This document shows positions 17,277-27,031 of a stretch of 64,000 bases of DNA, one piece after another. Where the stretch lies: contig OZ240215.1 in NCBI GenBank assembly GCA_965197585.1, positions 352,001-416,000 of the forward strand, read 5' to 3'. Source of the DNA: Dehalococcoidia bacterium (lineage in GTDB: Bacteria; Chloroflexota; Dehalococcoidia; Plut-88900). The notes below the pieces were generated by a model. It had not been told where the DNA came from and did no database searches. It was given only the letters and a program-made list of their open reading frames with translations. The translations under genes and the position numbers were made by a program. Numbering within the stretch: position 1 is the stretch's first letter; each line of letters starts with the position of its first letter.

Positions 17277-18953
17277 ATGAGAGAACACGAGGTGCCGACC
17301 CACCTGCAGGCCGAGGACCGGGTGCTGCTGTGGTTCACCTTCCAACAGCTGGTGGCCATCACCGCCGTGGCCGCGCTGTCCTACGGAGCGTACCGCTACG
17401 CTCCCGTGGGCCCCTCCGAGGTGAGGATAGTCCTGGCCGTCCTCCTGGGGCTGGCGGGAATGGCCATGATCGTGGGAAGGGTGGGAGGCCGGCGGCTGCC
17501 CCTGGTGACCGCCGACCTCCTGCGGTTCCGGCTGGGTCCCCGGCGCTACGCCGGACCCCCTGCCCAGCTGGTGCGCGCCGAAGCGCCGACGCCGGTCAGG
17601 AGTGCGCCGAGCCCTCTAACCCTATTGGTCAGGAAGGCCAGACGGATCATCATGCGCCGCCGCAACGGTAGGATGCCCCTCCGTCCCCGCGGCCGTTCCG
17701 GCAAGGGCCGCCGCCGGCGCCGGGGGAAGCGCAAGTACCCAAAGCAGGACAGGAAGAAGACCGGGAGAAGCAGGGGCCGGAGGAACCTGCTGGCCGTCCT
17801 GGCCGTCGCCCTAACGGCGGCGGCCGGGGCGGTGTCCCCCGTTGCCCTGGCTGACGACCATCATCCCGAGGAGATCGGCTTCGAACTGAGGGAGCCCGTC
17901 CCCGGAAGAAGGATATACGTCGAGAGATTGCATGTGTCGGGCGACTCCGCCGGGGTAACCGTCAGGGCCGCCGCTGACATCGACCTGCAGGTGAGAGGCT
18001 ACGGCGGACCCGAGGGCCGGATATCCGTGTTCCGGGCGACGGCCAGGCTGCAGGGGGGAGAGGCCAGGAGCTACATATTCCCACTCTCCGGTGACTCGCC
18101 CTCCCTCACCCTCTCCTGGCGGGACGGGCTGGGGCAGGCGGGCGCTCTCAGCCTGAAGGGAGACCAGATCCCGCACCCTCTGCCCTCCGTCGAGGGAGAG
18201 CTGTGCGACATTGAGCTCGATTACCTGCTTTGGACGCCTGGACGGGTGGATGGAGCCATAGACTCCATCTGCGAGGACTCCGTCGAAGAACCGGTGTCCC
18301 TTACGACGGTGTCCGGGCATGAGAGCGTGACGGTGACGGCGTTGATGGATGCGGACGTCACCGCAGTTGCCGGGACTGTAATAGTCACCGTCGGCGGGGC
18401 CCAGGGACCGGTCCCCTTCGTTCCGAACGGGTTCACGGCCTTCCGGGTCAATGTGCCCGCTGGCGAGGGGGTCCACAAGGTCACCTTGCAAGCCGCCCTG
18501 GAAGGGGCCCTGCGGATCGACCTTCCTCCCCTGGTTGCCCTGACCCACCACCCCAAGAGGGACGAGGAGATAACCACGAGAGTCAAGCTGTACCGTCCCG
18601 GAACCAGCAGGACGGTCTCCGAGACGGTGACTCTCTTTCACCCCGACGGGACAACCACCCGGCACGTCATCTCGGCCACCCTGTCCGTACCCGGCACAAC
18701 GGTGGCAAAGGATGTGACCGTCACCGTGGAACATGAGGAGCACGTGAGGGCTGAGGTCATGGAACGGGGGCCCCTGGCCCGAACGAGGATAGAGGCTCTG
18801 GACATGGCGTCGAGCATCGGCGCCGACGACAACTTCGAGCTCCTCACCCTGCCCGAGCCGGAGCCCACCCCCGAGCCCGCCGAGCAGACCCCGGTGGACA
18901 CCGATGAGCTGAGGCGGCTGTTCGAGTTGCTGGGCTGGAGTTGGCCGTGGTGA
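17277..18953 (+). CDS. PrgI-family (VirB3-like) domain fused to a large exported beta-rich domain
   Basis: N-terminal HEVPTHLQAEDRVLLWFTFQQL plus 2 TM segments; Arg/Lys-rich linker; second signal-like segment. Confidence 0.75.
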   Translation: MREHEVPTHLQAEDRVLLWFTFQQLVAITAVAALSYGAYRYAPVGPSEVRIVLAVLLGLAGMAMIVGRVGGRRLPLVTADLLRFRLGPRRYAGPPAQLVRAEAPTPVRSAPSPLTLLVRKARRIIMRRRNGRMPLRPRGRSGKGRRRRRGKRKYPKQDRKKTGRSRGRRNLLAVLAVALTAAAGAVSPVALADDHHPEEIGFELREPVPGRRIYVERLHVSGDSAGVTVRAAADIDLQVRGYGGPEGRISVFRATARLQGGEARSYIFPLSGDSPSLTLSWRDGLGQAGALSLKGDQIPHPLPSVEGELCDIELDYLLWTPGRVDGAIDSICEDSVEEPVSLTTVSGHESVTVTALMDADVTAVAGTVIVTVGGAQGPVPFVPNGFTAFRVNVPAGEGVHKVTLQAALEGALRIDLPPLVALTHHPKRDEEITTRVKLYRPGTSRTVSETVTLFHPDGTTTRHVISATLSVPGTTVAKDVTVTVEHEEHVRAEVMERGPLARTRIEALDMASSIGADDNFELLTLPEPEPTPEPAEQTPVDTDELRRLFELLGWSWPW

Positions 18954-19264
18954 TACGGGTTCTGTGGGTGGTCTTAATGGCGGGTGCGGGGTTTGCCTCC
19001 TTGGGCGCGGGGACGGACATCGAGAAGGGGAACATGCTTCTCAAGTTCGTCGAGGTGGTGGACGCTATGGCCTATGCCGCTGCAGGACTCTGCCTATTTG
19101 CCGTCGTCTGGGCCGGGTTCCTGCTCATGGCCGAGGGGGCTGAGGAGCGGAGCTCGGGCAGGGCCAGGAGCGCGGTGGTCCTGGCTATCACGGGCCTGGT
19201 CCTCACCCTCTCGGCCAAAGGGATAGCCCTGGCCCTGCTGAAGGTCACCCCAACGCTCCCGTAG
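18941..19264 (+). CDS. Second TrbC/VirB2-like pilin
   Basis: Hydrophobic helices with VWAGFLLMAEG...RARSAVVLAITGL. Confidence 0.65.
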   Translation: MAVVIRVLWVVLMAGAGFASLGAGTDIEKGNMLLKFVEVVDAMAYAAAGLCLFAVVWAGFLLMAEGAEERSSGRARSAVVLAITGLVLTLSAKGIALALLKVTPTLP

Positions 19265-19285
19265 CGGCAAGAAAAGGACAACGAT

Positions 19286-21541
19286 TTGAAAACCGTATTT
19301 GAAAAACTCAGCCGGATGATTCTCAGGCCCGGGAAAACGGGGGCCACTGCGGCCCCGAAGAAGAATGCCGCCCCGCCCAAGCCGCCCGTCCCCTTGCCAT
19401 CGTTCTACATGCTGTCCCACCTGGAGGAGGATGGTCCCGTGAGGCTCGACGGGGTCAAGCTGGGCATCTGCGAGGTGATGGGCCTGGAACTGGACGAGCC
19501 CCGGCTCGGCTCCTTCGCGGGGGCCCTGAACGCCCTGGACTTCCCGGTGCAGCTTCTAGTAAGGCAGCACCCGCCGGTGCTGGACCGGCTGAGGGATGCC
19601 CTAAAGGAAGCCCAGCCTGAAGACCTGCCGCCGAAGACCGAACAAGCCGCAAGTTCCCTCAGGGGCCTGCTCAGGGAACTCGAGACCCGGGAGGGGGTGC
19701 TGGACCGGCGGTTCTACGTTGTATGCAAACACGATAGGGCCGACGACTTGGCATCCCTACTCTCGCGGGTCGGCCTCTTCGTCCAGCCTCTCAGTGGCCG
19801 GACCCTCAGGATGTTCATCCTCGCATGCGCACTTGGCGGCTCTCCCAGGGACATGGACGAGACCGAGCAGGTGAGTGTGGAGATCAATCGCCGGGAGCTT
19901 CGAATCGGCCCCGGGCTCACCCGCTCCCTCCACCTGGGCCGCTGGCCCCGCACCCTTGTTCCCGGGTTCCTGCAGGCCCTCATGAACTCGGGCATCCCCA
20001 TGGACTTGTCCGTCCACCTTGCCCCAATCGCAGCCGACCAGGCGGCCCGCACACTGGAGTGGCAGAAGGTGCGGTTCGAGTCGGCCCGATCCATGTCCTT
20101 CCGCAAGGGCCGCAGCCTCTCCCCGGAGGCGGAGATAGCCCTGGAGGACGTCACCCGCCTCAGGGACGACGTTCAGCGGGGCCGGGAGCGTCTCTTCCAC
20201 TCTTCCCTTTCCCTGACTCTTCATGCAGACGATCACAAGAGCTTGAAGGAGATGACCCAGAGGACCAGGGCCCACTTTGCCGCCACGTTGGGCAAGCTGG
20301 ACGTCCTCCCCTTCCGCCAGAGGGAGGGGCTCCTGTCGACCCTGCCCCTAAACCTCAACTCCGTTGCGCTCTGGAGGACCCTGGACACCTCCTCCCTGGC
20401 CCGGCTGTTTCCCTTCTCTCCCCCCGACATGGACACCCGCAGCGGCACCCTCTATGGCCTGGACCTCAGGGCCCGGGCGCCCATCGTCTACGACCCCTGG
20501 GACGGCACCCACCTCAACGCCAACACCGCTGTCCTGGCCCGCTCGGGCAGCGGAAAGTCCTTCGCCACCAAGCTGGGCGTGTTGCGGGGTATATGCCGCG
20601 GAATAACGGCCTACGTCATCGACCCCGAGGGAGAGTATGCCGACATGGCCAGGGCCGCGGGGGGCAGGGTGCTGTCGCCGGGAGTACCGGGCCAGGGCAT
20701 GAACCCCTTCGTCATGGACCGGAGGGACTCGGAGGAGTTGCTCCAGCGCATCGGCAGCCTGAGGAGGCTGATAGAGGTGATGGTGGGGGAGAAGCTCGGT
20801 GCTGAGCGGCGCGCGGACCTGGACCACGCCCTGGCCGGCTACTACGCCGAACCCCGGGAGCGCACCGGGTTCCGGGACTTCTACGGCTACCTGCAGAGCG
20901 GGGAGAACGACGACTCGGAACTCGATTCGGGGCAGGCCCTGGCCAGGCTGCTGAGGCCCTTCGCCACGGGTAGCCTCCGCCACCTCCTGTCAGATGAGGG
21001 GGACGACCTGCTCCACAACGAGGCTCTCGTTACCGTGTTCGACCTGAGGCTCCTTGAGCCCGAGCTCCGGCCCGCCGCCGCCATGGTCTGCACCGAGACG
21101 GTGTGGGCCTCCGCCGCCCGGGACCCCAAGCCGAGGCTGCTGGTTGTGGACGAGGTGTGGTCGATCATGCAGCACCCCGAGGGGGCTGCGTTCATGGTCT
21201 CTATGGCCAAGAGGGCCCGGAAGCACCGGCTGGGACTCCAGTTCATAACCCAGGACGTCCAGGACCTGCTCAGCGAGGACACCTCCCGCACCATCACCGG
21301 CCACTCGGGAAGGGCCCTGCTGCAGAACGCCGCCTTCAAGCTGCTGCTCCAGCAGGACGCCGCGGCCATATCCACGGTGGGGGAGGCCTTCGACCTGCCC
21401 CAGGACCTTCAGAAGTGGCTTCTCTCCTGCCCCAGGGGCGACGGGCTGCTCCTGGCCAGGGGAAACCGGTTCCCGGTGCGCATCGAGGCCACGCCGGAGG
21501 AGGCGGAGATCATCGAGTGGAGGCCGGGAGCCCACGCCTAG
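19286..21541 (+). CDS. virB4: VirB4-like conjugative ATPase
   Basis: NANTAVLARSGSGKS, VIDPEGEY, LLVVDEVW, KRARKH, ITQD. Confidence 0.92.
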   Translation: MKTVFEKLSRMILRPGKTGATAAPKKNAAPPKPPVPLPSFYMLSHLEEDGPVRLDGVKLGICEVMGLELDEPRLGSFAGALNALDFPVQLLVRQHPPVLDRLRDALKEAQPEDLPPKTEQAASSLRGLLRELETREGVLDRRFYVVCKHDRADDLASLLSRVGLFVQPLSGRTLRMFILACALGGSPRDMDETEQVSVEINRRELRIGPGLTRSLHLGRWPRTLVPGFLQALMNSGIPMDLSVHLAPIAADQAARTLEWQKVRFESARSMSFRKGRSLSPEAEIALEDVTRLRDDVQRGRERLFHSSLSLTLHADDHKSLKEMTQRTRAHFAATLGKLDVLPFRQREGLLSTLPLNLNSVALWRTLDTSSLARLFPFSPPDMDTRSGTLYGLDLRARAPIVYDPWDGTHLNANTAVLARSGSGKSFATKLGVLRGICRGITAYVIDPEGEYADMARAAGGRVLSPGVPGQGMNPFVMDRRDSEELLQRIGSLRRLIEVMVGEKLGAERRADLDHALAGYYAEPRERTGFRDFYGYLQSGENDDSELDSGQALARLLRPFATGSLRHLLSDEGDDLLHNEALVTVFDLRLLEPELRPAAAMVCTETVWASAARDPKPRLLVVDEVWSIMQHPEGAAFMVSMAKRARKHRLGLQFITQDVQDLLSEDTSRTITGHSGRALLQNAAFKLLLQQDAAAISTVGEAFDLPQDLQKWLLSCPRGDGLLLARGNRFPVRIEATPEEAEIIEWRPGAHA

Positions 21542-21619
21542 ATAGAGGTTGTTTAGACACGAACCAATAGATAGAGGCCGTTTATATACGAATCACTGTA
21601 GAAGAGAAGAAGGGAAACC

Positions 21620-24235
21620 GTGATGAGATTGAACCCGTTGAAAATACTGTCAGGCAGGTCCCATTCAAGGACCCCGGTGCTGCTGGCGGTGACGCCGCCC
21701 CGAACGGGGGAGCGAACCCTGCTGGGTGTGGAGAACCTGCTCTCCTCCATCGCCGTCCCCGAGCCGTTCTCACTGGAGCTGGCCGGAGACGCCTACGGCG
21801 TGACCCTGATGGCCCGCTGCCTGGACGGCCAGGTGGTCAGGGCTCAAGTAGCCGCCCACTACCCCCAGGCCACGATACGCGAGGTGCCTCCCGACGAGGA
21901 CCCCCTGCGACTGAGGGAGGGTGAGCAGGCCTGGGGCATGACACTGAGGTCATCGGGCCCCGAGTACGTGCCGCTCAGGGTGTTCCGGGACGACGACCTG
22001 CTCGACCCCGGCTCCGACCCCCTCATCGCCCTCCTGGGCGCCCTGTCCAACCTGGACGGCGACGACCGGATCGTGGCCAGGTTGATGCTGCGCTCCCTGG
22101 GCCCCGAGTGGTCCCGGCACCACATGGAGATGGCCCACGGCAGGCTGGCCCCTGAGCCCAGGGCTGCTTCCCATGCTCAGCAGGGCGGGCCTACGCAGAC
22201 CAACGGCAAGGCCATGGCCGCCCTGGGCATCGGCGCTCTTGCCGCCTTCCAGGGCTACACATGGGTGCAGGCCGGGGAGACGTGGAAGACCGTGCTCCTG
22301 GGCTTGGGAATCGTCCTAGCCCTGGCCGCGGGCGGCTGGGCCTGGCACCGTTGGAAGGCTTCCTGGTCCCGCGTCCACGACCCCCTGCTCATCAGGGAGA
22401 AAGTGTCCCGAATCGCATTCGACGCCGAGGTGCAGCTCGTCGCCGTCATGTCGGAGGCGGACCCGGAGGAGGCGAAGGGACGGGCGAGGAAGCTCCTGGA
22501 GCCCGTCGCCGCCGCCTACCGGCACTACGACAACCCCGCCGGAGCCCGCCTCAGGGCCGGCAAGGTCAGACCCGTACTTCCCGACCCGTCGACGATGCAC
22601 CCTTCCGGCCCCGGCCTGTTCGGCAGCCGCAGCGTCATCGGGGTCCGGGAGGCCGCAGCCCTGTGGCATCCCCCGGGGCCCCGAGACGACACCCCCCTGG
22701 TGGAGCGCTCCGGCGCCAGCGTCCTCATGCCCTCGGCCAGGGGAGTCACCGGAGGCGCCCTGGTGGGGGACACCACGGCGGGCAGGCCCAGGGAGATCCG
22801 CTTCCCGGGTGACCTGCTCCGCCGCCACCACCTCTACGTCGCCCGGACCAGAATGGGCAAGTCCACCCTCATGCAGCACATCGTCGCCCACAAGATGAGG
22901 GAGAAGGCCGGGGGAAGGGATGGCGACGCCATAGTCGTCGTAGACCCCCACGCCGACCTGGTGGCCGGCCTGCTCAACCACGTCCCCGGAGAGGTGGCGG
23001 ACAGGGTGCGGCTCATAGACCTGGCCGACCCCAGGGGAGCCCCCGGCATCAACCTGCTGGACACCCGTATCTTCGCCGACCGGGACCGCACCGCCGACTC
23101 GGTGGTCAGGGTTGCGCGGGGCCTCTGGGAGCAGTGGGGCCCCCGTATGCAGTCCATCTTGGAGCACACCGTCAAGACCCTCCACGAGGCCAACGGGCAC
23201 CCGGACACCGTGGAAGAGGAGCAGTTCACCATCCTGGACGGGCTGCGGCTCCTGTCCAACGAGCCGTTCCGCAACGCCGTCCTCGCCCGGGTCTCCGACC
23301 CCTACGTGCTGGAGTGGTGGGCCAGGGACTTCGGCAACTGGCACGCCCAGTACAAGGCCGAGGCCCTCGCCCCTGTCCAGACCCGGCTCTCCTACTACGC
23401 CTCCTCCAAGAGGGCACGGGCCATCCTCGGCCAGTCCCGATCTACCCTGGACATCCGGCGCACCATCCTCGACGGGGGCATCCTGCTGGTATCCACCGCC
23501 CAGGGGAGCGTCGGCAGGGACGTGGCCGCCCTGGTGGGCGCATCGATGCTGAACCTGGTGGACGCCGTAATCAGGGAGCAGGGAAGCCTTACTCCTGAGA
23601 GACGGCGTGGCGCCCTCGTGGTGGTGGACGAGATGCAGTCCATGCCCGGCGTGGACTACGAGTCGATGCTGTCGGAGCTGGGCAAGTTCGGGGCTTCCTT
23701 CATCCTGGCCACCCAGAGCCTGGCAAAGCTCGCAGACCTGTCCCCCACCATGCGGGACACCGTCCTGGCCAACGTCGGCTGCCTCGCCGTCTTCCAGGTG
23801 GCCGGCAACGACGCCCGCCAGCTGGTGTGGGAGCTTGGCCGGGACCGTGTGAGCGAGGAGGACATCGTCTCCCTGCCCGTCCACCACTGCTACGTCAGGG
23901 CCACCGTGGGCAAGGAGCGGATGCCCGCGTTCTCCATGATGGTGCGCAAGCCGGAGCCGGGAGACCCCGGTGGAGCCGCCCGCATCCGCTCCGATGCATC
24001 CTCCTACGTCATGACGGCGGAGGAGATCGCCTCGCTGCAGGCCGAGGGCCGGGCGCGGGTGGAGAAGTTCCAGGCCGCCGTCAAGAAGGGGGAGAAGGGG
24101 GCGGCCTCCCCGCCGGACCCTAAGGGGGACGCCCCGAAGGACGCCAACAGGGGCAATCGCCGCAGCAAGCACGACCAGGTGGACACCAAACCTGGGACCG
24201 CCGACAACGCTCCGGGTAAGGAGTCCGCGCAATGA
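21620..24235 (+). CDS. virD4: VirD4/TraD-like type IV coupling protein
   Basis: TM pair; HLYVARTRMGKST, VVDPHADL, VVDEMQ, LATQSL, VLANVG. Confidence 0.88.
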   Translation: MMRLNPLKILSGRSHSRTPVLLAVTPPRTGERTLLGVENLLSSIAVPEPFSLELAGDAYGVTLMARCLDGQVVRAQVAAHYPQATIREVPPDEDPLRLREGEQAWGMTLRSSGPEYVPLRVFRDDDLLDPGSDPLIALLGALSNLDGDDRIVARLMLRSLGPEWSRHHMEMAHGRLAPEPRAASHAQQGGPTQTNGKAMAALGIGALAAFQGYTWVQAGETWKTVLLGLGIVLALAAGGWAWHRWKASWSRVHDPLLIREKVSRIAFDAEVQLVAVMSEADPEEAKGRARKLLEPVAAAYRHYDNPAGARLRAGKVRPVLPDPSTMHPSGPGLFGSRSVIGVREAAALWHPPGPRDDTPLVERSGASVLMPSARGVTGGALVGDTTAGRPREIRFPGDLLRRHHLYVARTRMGKSTLMQHIVAHKMREKAGGRDGDAIVVVDPHADLVAGLLNHVPGEVADRVRLIDLADPRGAPGINLLDTRIFADRDRTADSVVRVARGLWEQWGPRMQSILEHTVKTLHEANGHPDTVEEEQFTILDGLRLLSNEPFRNAVLARVSDPYVLEWWARDFGNWHAQYKAEALAPVQTRLSYYASSKRARAILGQSRSTLDIRRTILDGGILLVSTAQGSVGRDVAALVGASMLNLVDAVIREQGSLTPERRRGALVVVDEMQSMPGVDYESMLSELGKFGASFILATQSLAKLADLSPTMRDTVLANVGCLAVFQVAGNDARQLVWELGRDRVSEEDIVSLPVHHCYVRATVGKERMPAFSMMVRKPEPGDPGGAARIRSDASSYVMTAEEIASLQAEGRARVEKFQAAVKKGEKGAASPPDPKGDAPKDANRGNRRSKHDQVDTKPGTADNAPGKESAQ

Positions 24236-25893
24236 CGCCCGCAGGGTGCACCGGAGAGCTGCTGCGCCGCCTGGCCGCCATGCCCTTCCTGGACCGGCTG
24301 GAGATGGTGGCCGTCTCCGGCTGGTCCAGGGGGGCCGTATACCCCGCCGTCGAGTCCCTGGAGCGCAACAGGCTGGTGGCCTCCGTACCCCACGCATCGG
24401 ACCTCGTTCCGCCAGCCCGAAGGTTCCACCTCACGGTTCCCGGCCTGTACCGGCTTGCGAGGGAGGAAGGCATGACCGTGGACGGGCTCCTTGCCGCCTA
24501 TCCCCTCTCCGCGCAGTGGCAGCGGCTGCTGATGGAGCGCCTGGACGCCGTGGCCGTCATCTACCGGCTCGTCTGTATGGTCTCCGACGTCGCCCACCCC
24601 ATACGCTTCCGCTGGTTCAGGGCCCTGCCCATGGACGCGGCGGTGGGACTTCCCGACGGGCGGGTGGTCTCCATAGTCAGGCAGGGCCCCACCTCCGACA
24701 GGACGGCCTTCGCCAAGCGCCTCTGGCGGCTGGGGAAGGGTCCCCGGCCTAGCGCCGTCCTCATCCTGGCGCCGGACGGGGTCCGTCTCAGGCATGCCCG
24801 CAGGCTGATGATGGGATCTCCCTCCCTTGCGTTCCTAGCCCCGGAATCCACCGCGGTCTCCGGCACTGCCGTATCCCGGGTGTGGCGCACCCCCTCGGGG
24901 TCCTCCCTCCTGGACCTGCGCACCGCCCTCTCGCTCACGCAGCGGCGGGGAGAATGGCCCCTGGAAGGGTCTCCGGCGCGGGCCCACCTCCCGGAGAACA
25001 TCGTACTGGATGCCCCGGGGGAATCGCTGCCTGACTGGACGCTGCCCGCAGTGCTCAAGTCCGCCGAGAAGCGGGCCCTGGACCTGCTTTCCGACTGGCC
25101 CTGGGTCTCGCCCACTCACATGGGGATACTGCTGGGGGTGAGGCGGTCCATGCTCTCCCGGGTCCTGGTACGGCTCTGCGGACTGGGACTGGTCACGGGT
25201 TCCGACGTTGTCGGGAGCAGTCTCCTGGCGGTCACGGACCGGGGCCTGGCGCTGCTGGCCCGCCGGGACCGTTCCGCCGTGGGTGCTGCCAGGCGGCGGT
25301 GGAGCCCGGCTCTCCAAGACCCGGACGGCCCCATCCAGTGGCGCAACGTCACCGGCAGGAGAAGCCGCCAGCTGCTGAGGAACCTGGAGCACACCTCGGC
25401 GGTCCACTGGTTCATGGCGGTGCTGTCCAGGCAGGCCCGCTCCAGGTCGAGGGAGGTGGTCCAGCTCGACCCCCCCAGGAGGGCATCGAGATACTTCCGT
25501 CACGGAGACAAGCTGCGCTCCATACACCCCGACGCCTTCGGCGTCCTGCGCCGGGACGGCAAGACCTCGCCGTTCTTCCTGGAGTGGGAGCGGCGAGCTG
25601 TACGCCCGGCCACCATGGCCGACCGCATCGCACCCTACCTGCGCTACTACTCCTCCCGCCGGCCCACCGACGACCATGGGGCGCGGCCCGCCGTGCTGGT
25701 GGTCTTCGAATCGGACCTGGCGGCCACTCACTTCCTGCGCATTGCATCTCAGGAGATGAATCGGGTGGGGGTGGACATCCCACTGTATGTCTCCCACAAG
25801 AGCCTGTTGGAGAGGGTGGGTCCCCTGGGGAAGGCCTGGAGAGGGGTGGACGGGACTGGGCCGGGCTACGCTTTTCAGATGAGTTCTACCTAG
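24232..25893 (+). CDS. Replication-relaxation (Replic_Relax-like) protein, putative relaxase, two tandem domains
   Basis: wHTH-like segment plus TDRG, LEHT, IHPDAFG...FFLEWER; ATGA-coupled to virD4. Confidence 0.78.
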   Translation: MTPAGCTGELLRRLAAMPFLDRLEMVAVSGWSRGAVYPAVESLERNRLVASVPHASDLVPPARRFHLTVPGLYRLAREEGMTVDGLLAAYPLSAQWQRLLMERLDAVAVIYRLVCMVSDVAHPIRFRWFRALPMDAAVGLPDGRVVSIVRQGPTSDRTAFAKRLWRLGKGPRPSAVLILAPDGVRLRHARRLMMGSPSLAFLAPESTAVSGTAVSRVWRTPSGSSLLDLRTALSLTQRRGEWPLEGSPARAHLPENIVLDAPGESLPDWTLPAVLKSAEKRALDLLSDWPWVSPTHMGILLGVRRSMLSRVLVRLCGLGLVTGSDVVGSSLLAVTDRGLALLARRDRSAVGAARRRWSPALQDPDGPIQWRNVTGRRSRQLLRNLEHTSAVHWFMAVLSRQARSRSREVVQLDPPRRASRYFRHGDKLRSIHPDAFGVLRRDGKTSPFFLEWERRAVRPATMADRIAPYLRYYSSRRPTDDHGARPAVLVVFESDLAATHFLRIASQEMNRVGVDIPLYVSHKSLLERVGPLGKAWRGVDGTGPGYAFQMSST

Positions 25894-26095
25894 ACTCGGC
25901 GGGTGAAGATCATCCGGGTTCAAATGAATAATGCATTAGGAAGGCATCTAGCCCTTGACGCAAGAATGCATCCGGCAGGAGCATGCGTTATGGTATGAGC
26001 CGCCCATTGGAGCAAGGGCGTGTGAGGCAACAAGACGCCCATCGTGTTAACCGCTCGTGAGACACTAACGTAGACCAGGGTAGGAGGAACACCCG

Positions 26096-26314
26096 TTGAA
26101 AACTCGAATTGACAGGCTTGGCGGAGGGAATACCTACATTGAGCTAAAGATCAGGCCCGACGGTACCGGCTTCCTTGAGATATATGCGACAATAGGCCCG
26201 GCGCGGCGCGATGGTGAGGACATCGCCTTTACACTTAATCGCCGGGAGGCGTACCAGATCGCCGACACCCTCCGGGCTATGGCCTTCTCGGTTGACCGCC
26301 GATTGAGCTACTGA
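26096..26314 (+). CDS. Small hypothetical protein
   Basis: 72 aa, TTG start after AGGAGG. Confidence 0.55.
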   Translation: MKTRIDRLGGGNTYIELKIRPDGTGFLEIYATIGPARRDGEDIAFTLNRREAYQIADTLRAMAFSVDRRLSY

Positions 26315-26398
26315 CGTTGTTGCGAGGTCGCTGTTACCGGAAATGATGGCGGAGGACTGTGGCTGTTTCGTGGCGACGTTAAAGCAAGGAGATAACCA

Positions 26399-26626
26399 AT
26401 GGCTGAAGGGGTCGACAGAATACTAGGTTCCACAAGTAGTAAGGCCGAGGAGATACTGCCAGGCTATGCGGTGTCTTGTAACTCCAGCCCTAGAGCTATC
26501 GGAGTGACGTTAAACCAGAATGACCCACTACACATTAACTTAGAGCACTCGGGAAGTATCCCGACCCGCCAACTCCGCTTAACAGCGGCGTGGAACTCCG
26601 ACCAGGTAACTATCGACAACGTGTAA
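26399..26626 (+). CDS. Small hypothetical protein
   Basis: 75 aa, AAGGAG SD. Confidence 0.55.
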   Translation: MAEGVDRILGSTSSKAEEILPGYAVSCNSSPRAIGVTLNQNDPLHINLEHSGSIPTRQLRLTAAWNSDQVTIDNV

Positions 26627-26747
26627 TACATAGTGCGGGCTCTTTGGGTAGGGGCCGAGAGTAAAGGGTGGCCCGACCCTAACTGGAAACACTAATCGCC
26701 CTGGTACACACGTATATAATCCCCACAATAGAGCCCATTTGTCGGTA

Positions 26748-27029
26748 TTAGCTTGAAAGGCACGCTGGCGTCATCTCCCCGACCACCGGCAACAGGTGGC
26801 GAAGGAGGCCCATTTCGGCGGCCAGGTTGAAAAGGCGGATAAGGTGGCCCGGGTCCGGCCGCGTTCCCTTCCGCCACCGCTTCAGCATTCGTATATCGAC
26901 GCGAAGTCGGCGTGCCAGTTCCCGCCAGGATAACCCTGCGGCTTCCTTGAAACCCTCCAGGCGTTGCGGGAAATCCGGCGGGAACCGCGATGGCTCTATC
27001 TGGTAGACAAATTGATGTTGCCGACCCAT
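26748..27029 (-). CDS. XRE-family HTH protein (paralog 3)
   Basis: PDFPQRLEGFKEAAGLSWRELARRLRVDIRMLKRWRKGTRP. Confidence 0.85.
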   Translation of the reverse strand: MGRQHQFVYQIEPSRFPPDFPQRLEGFKEAAGLSWRELARRLRVDIRMLKRWRKGTRPDPGHLIRLFNLAAEMGLLRHLLPVVGEMTPACLSS

Positions 27030-27031
27030 AG

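Noticed and set aside
22316-24397. 693-aa minus-strand ORF
   Set aside because: Antisense shadow of virD4
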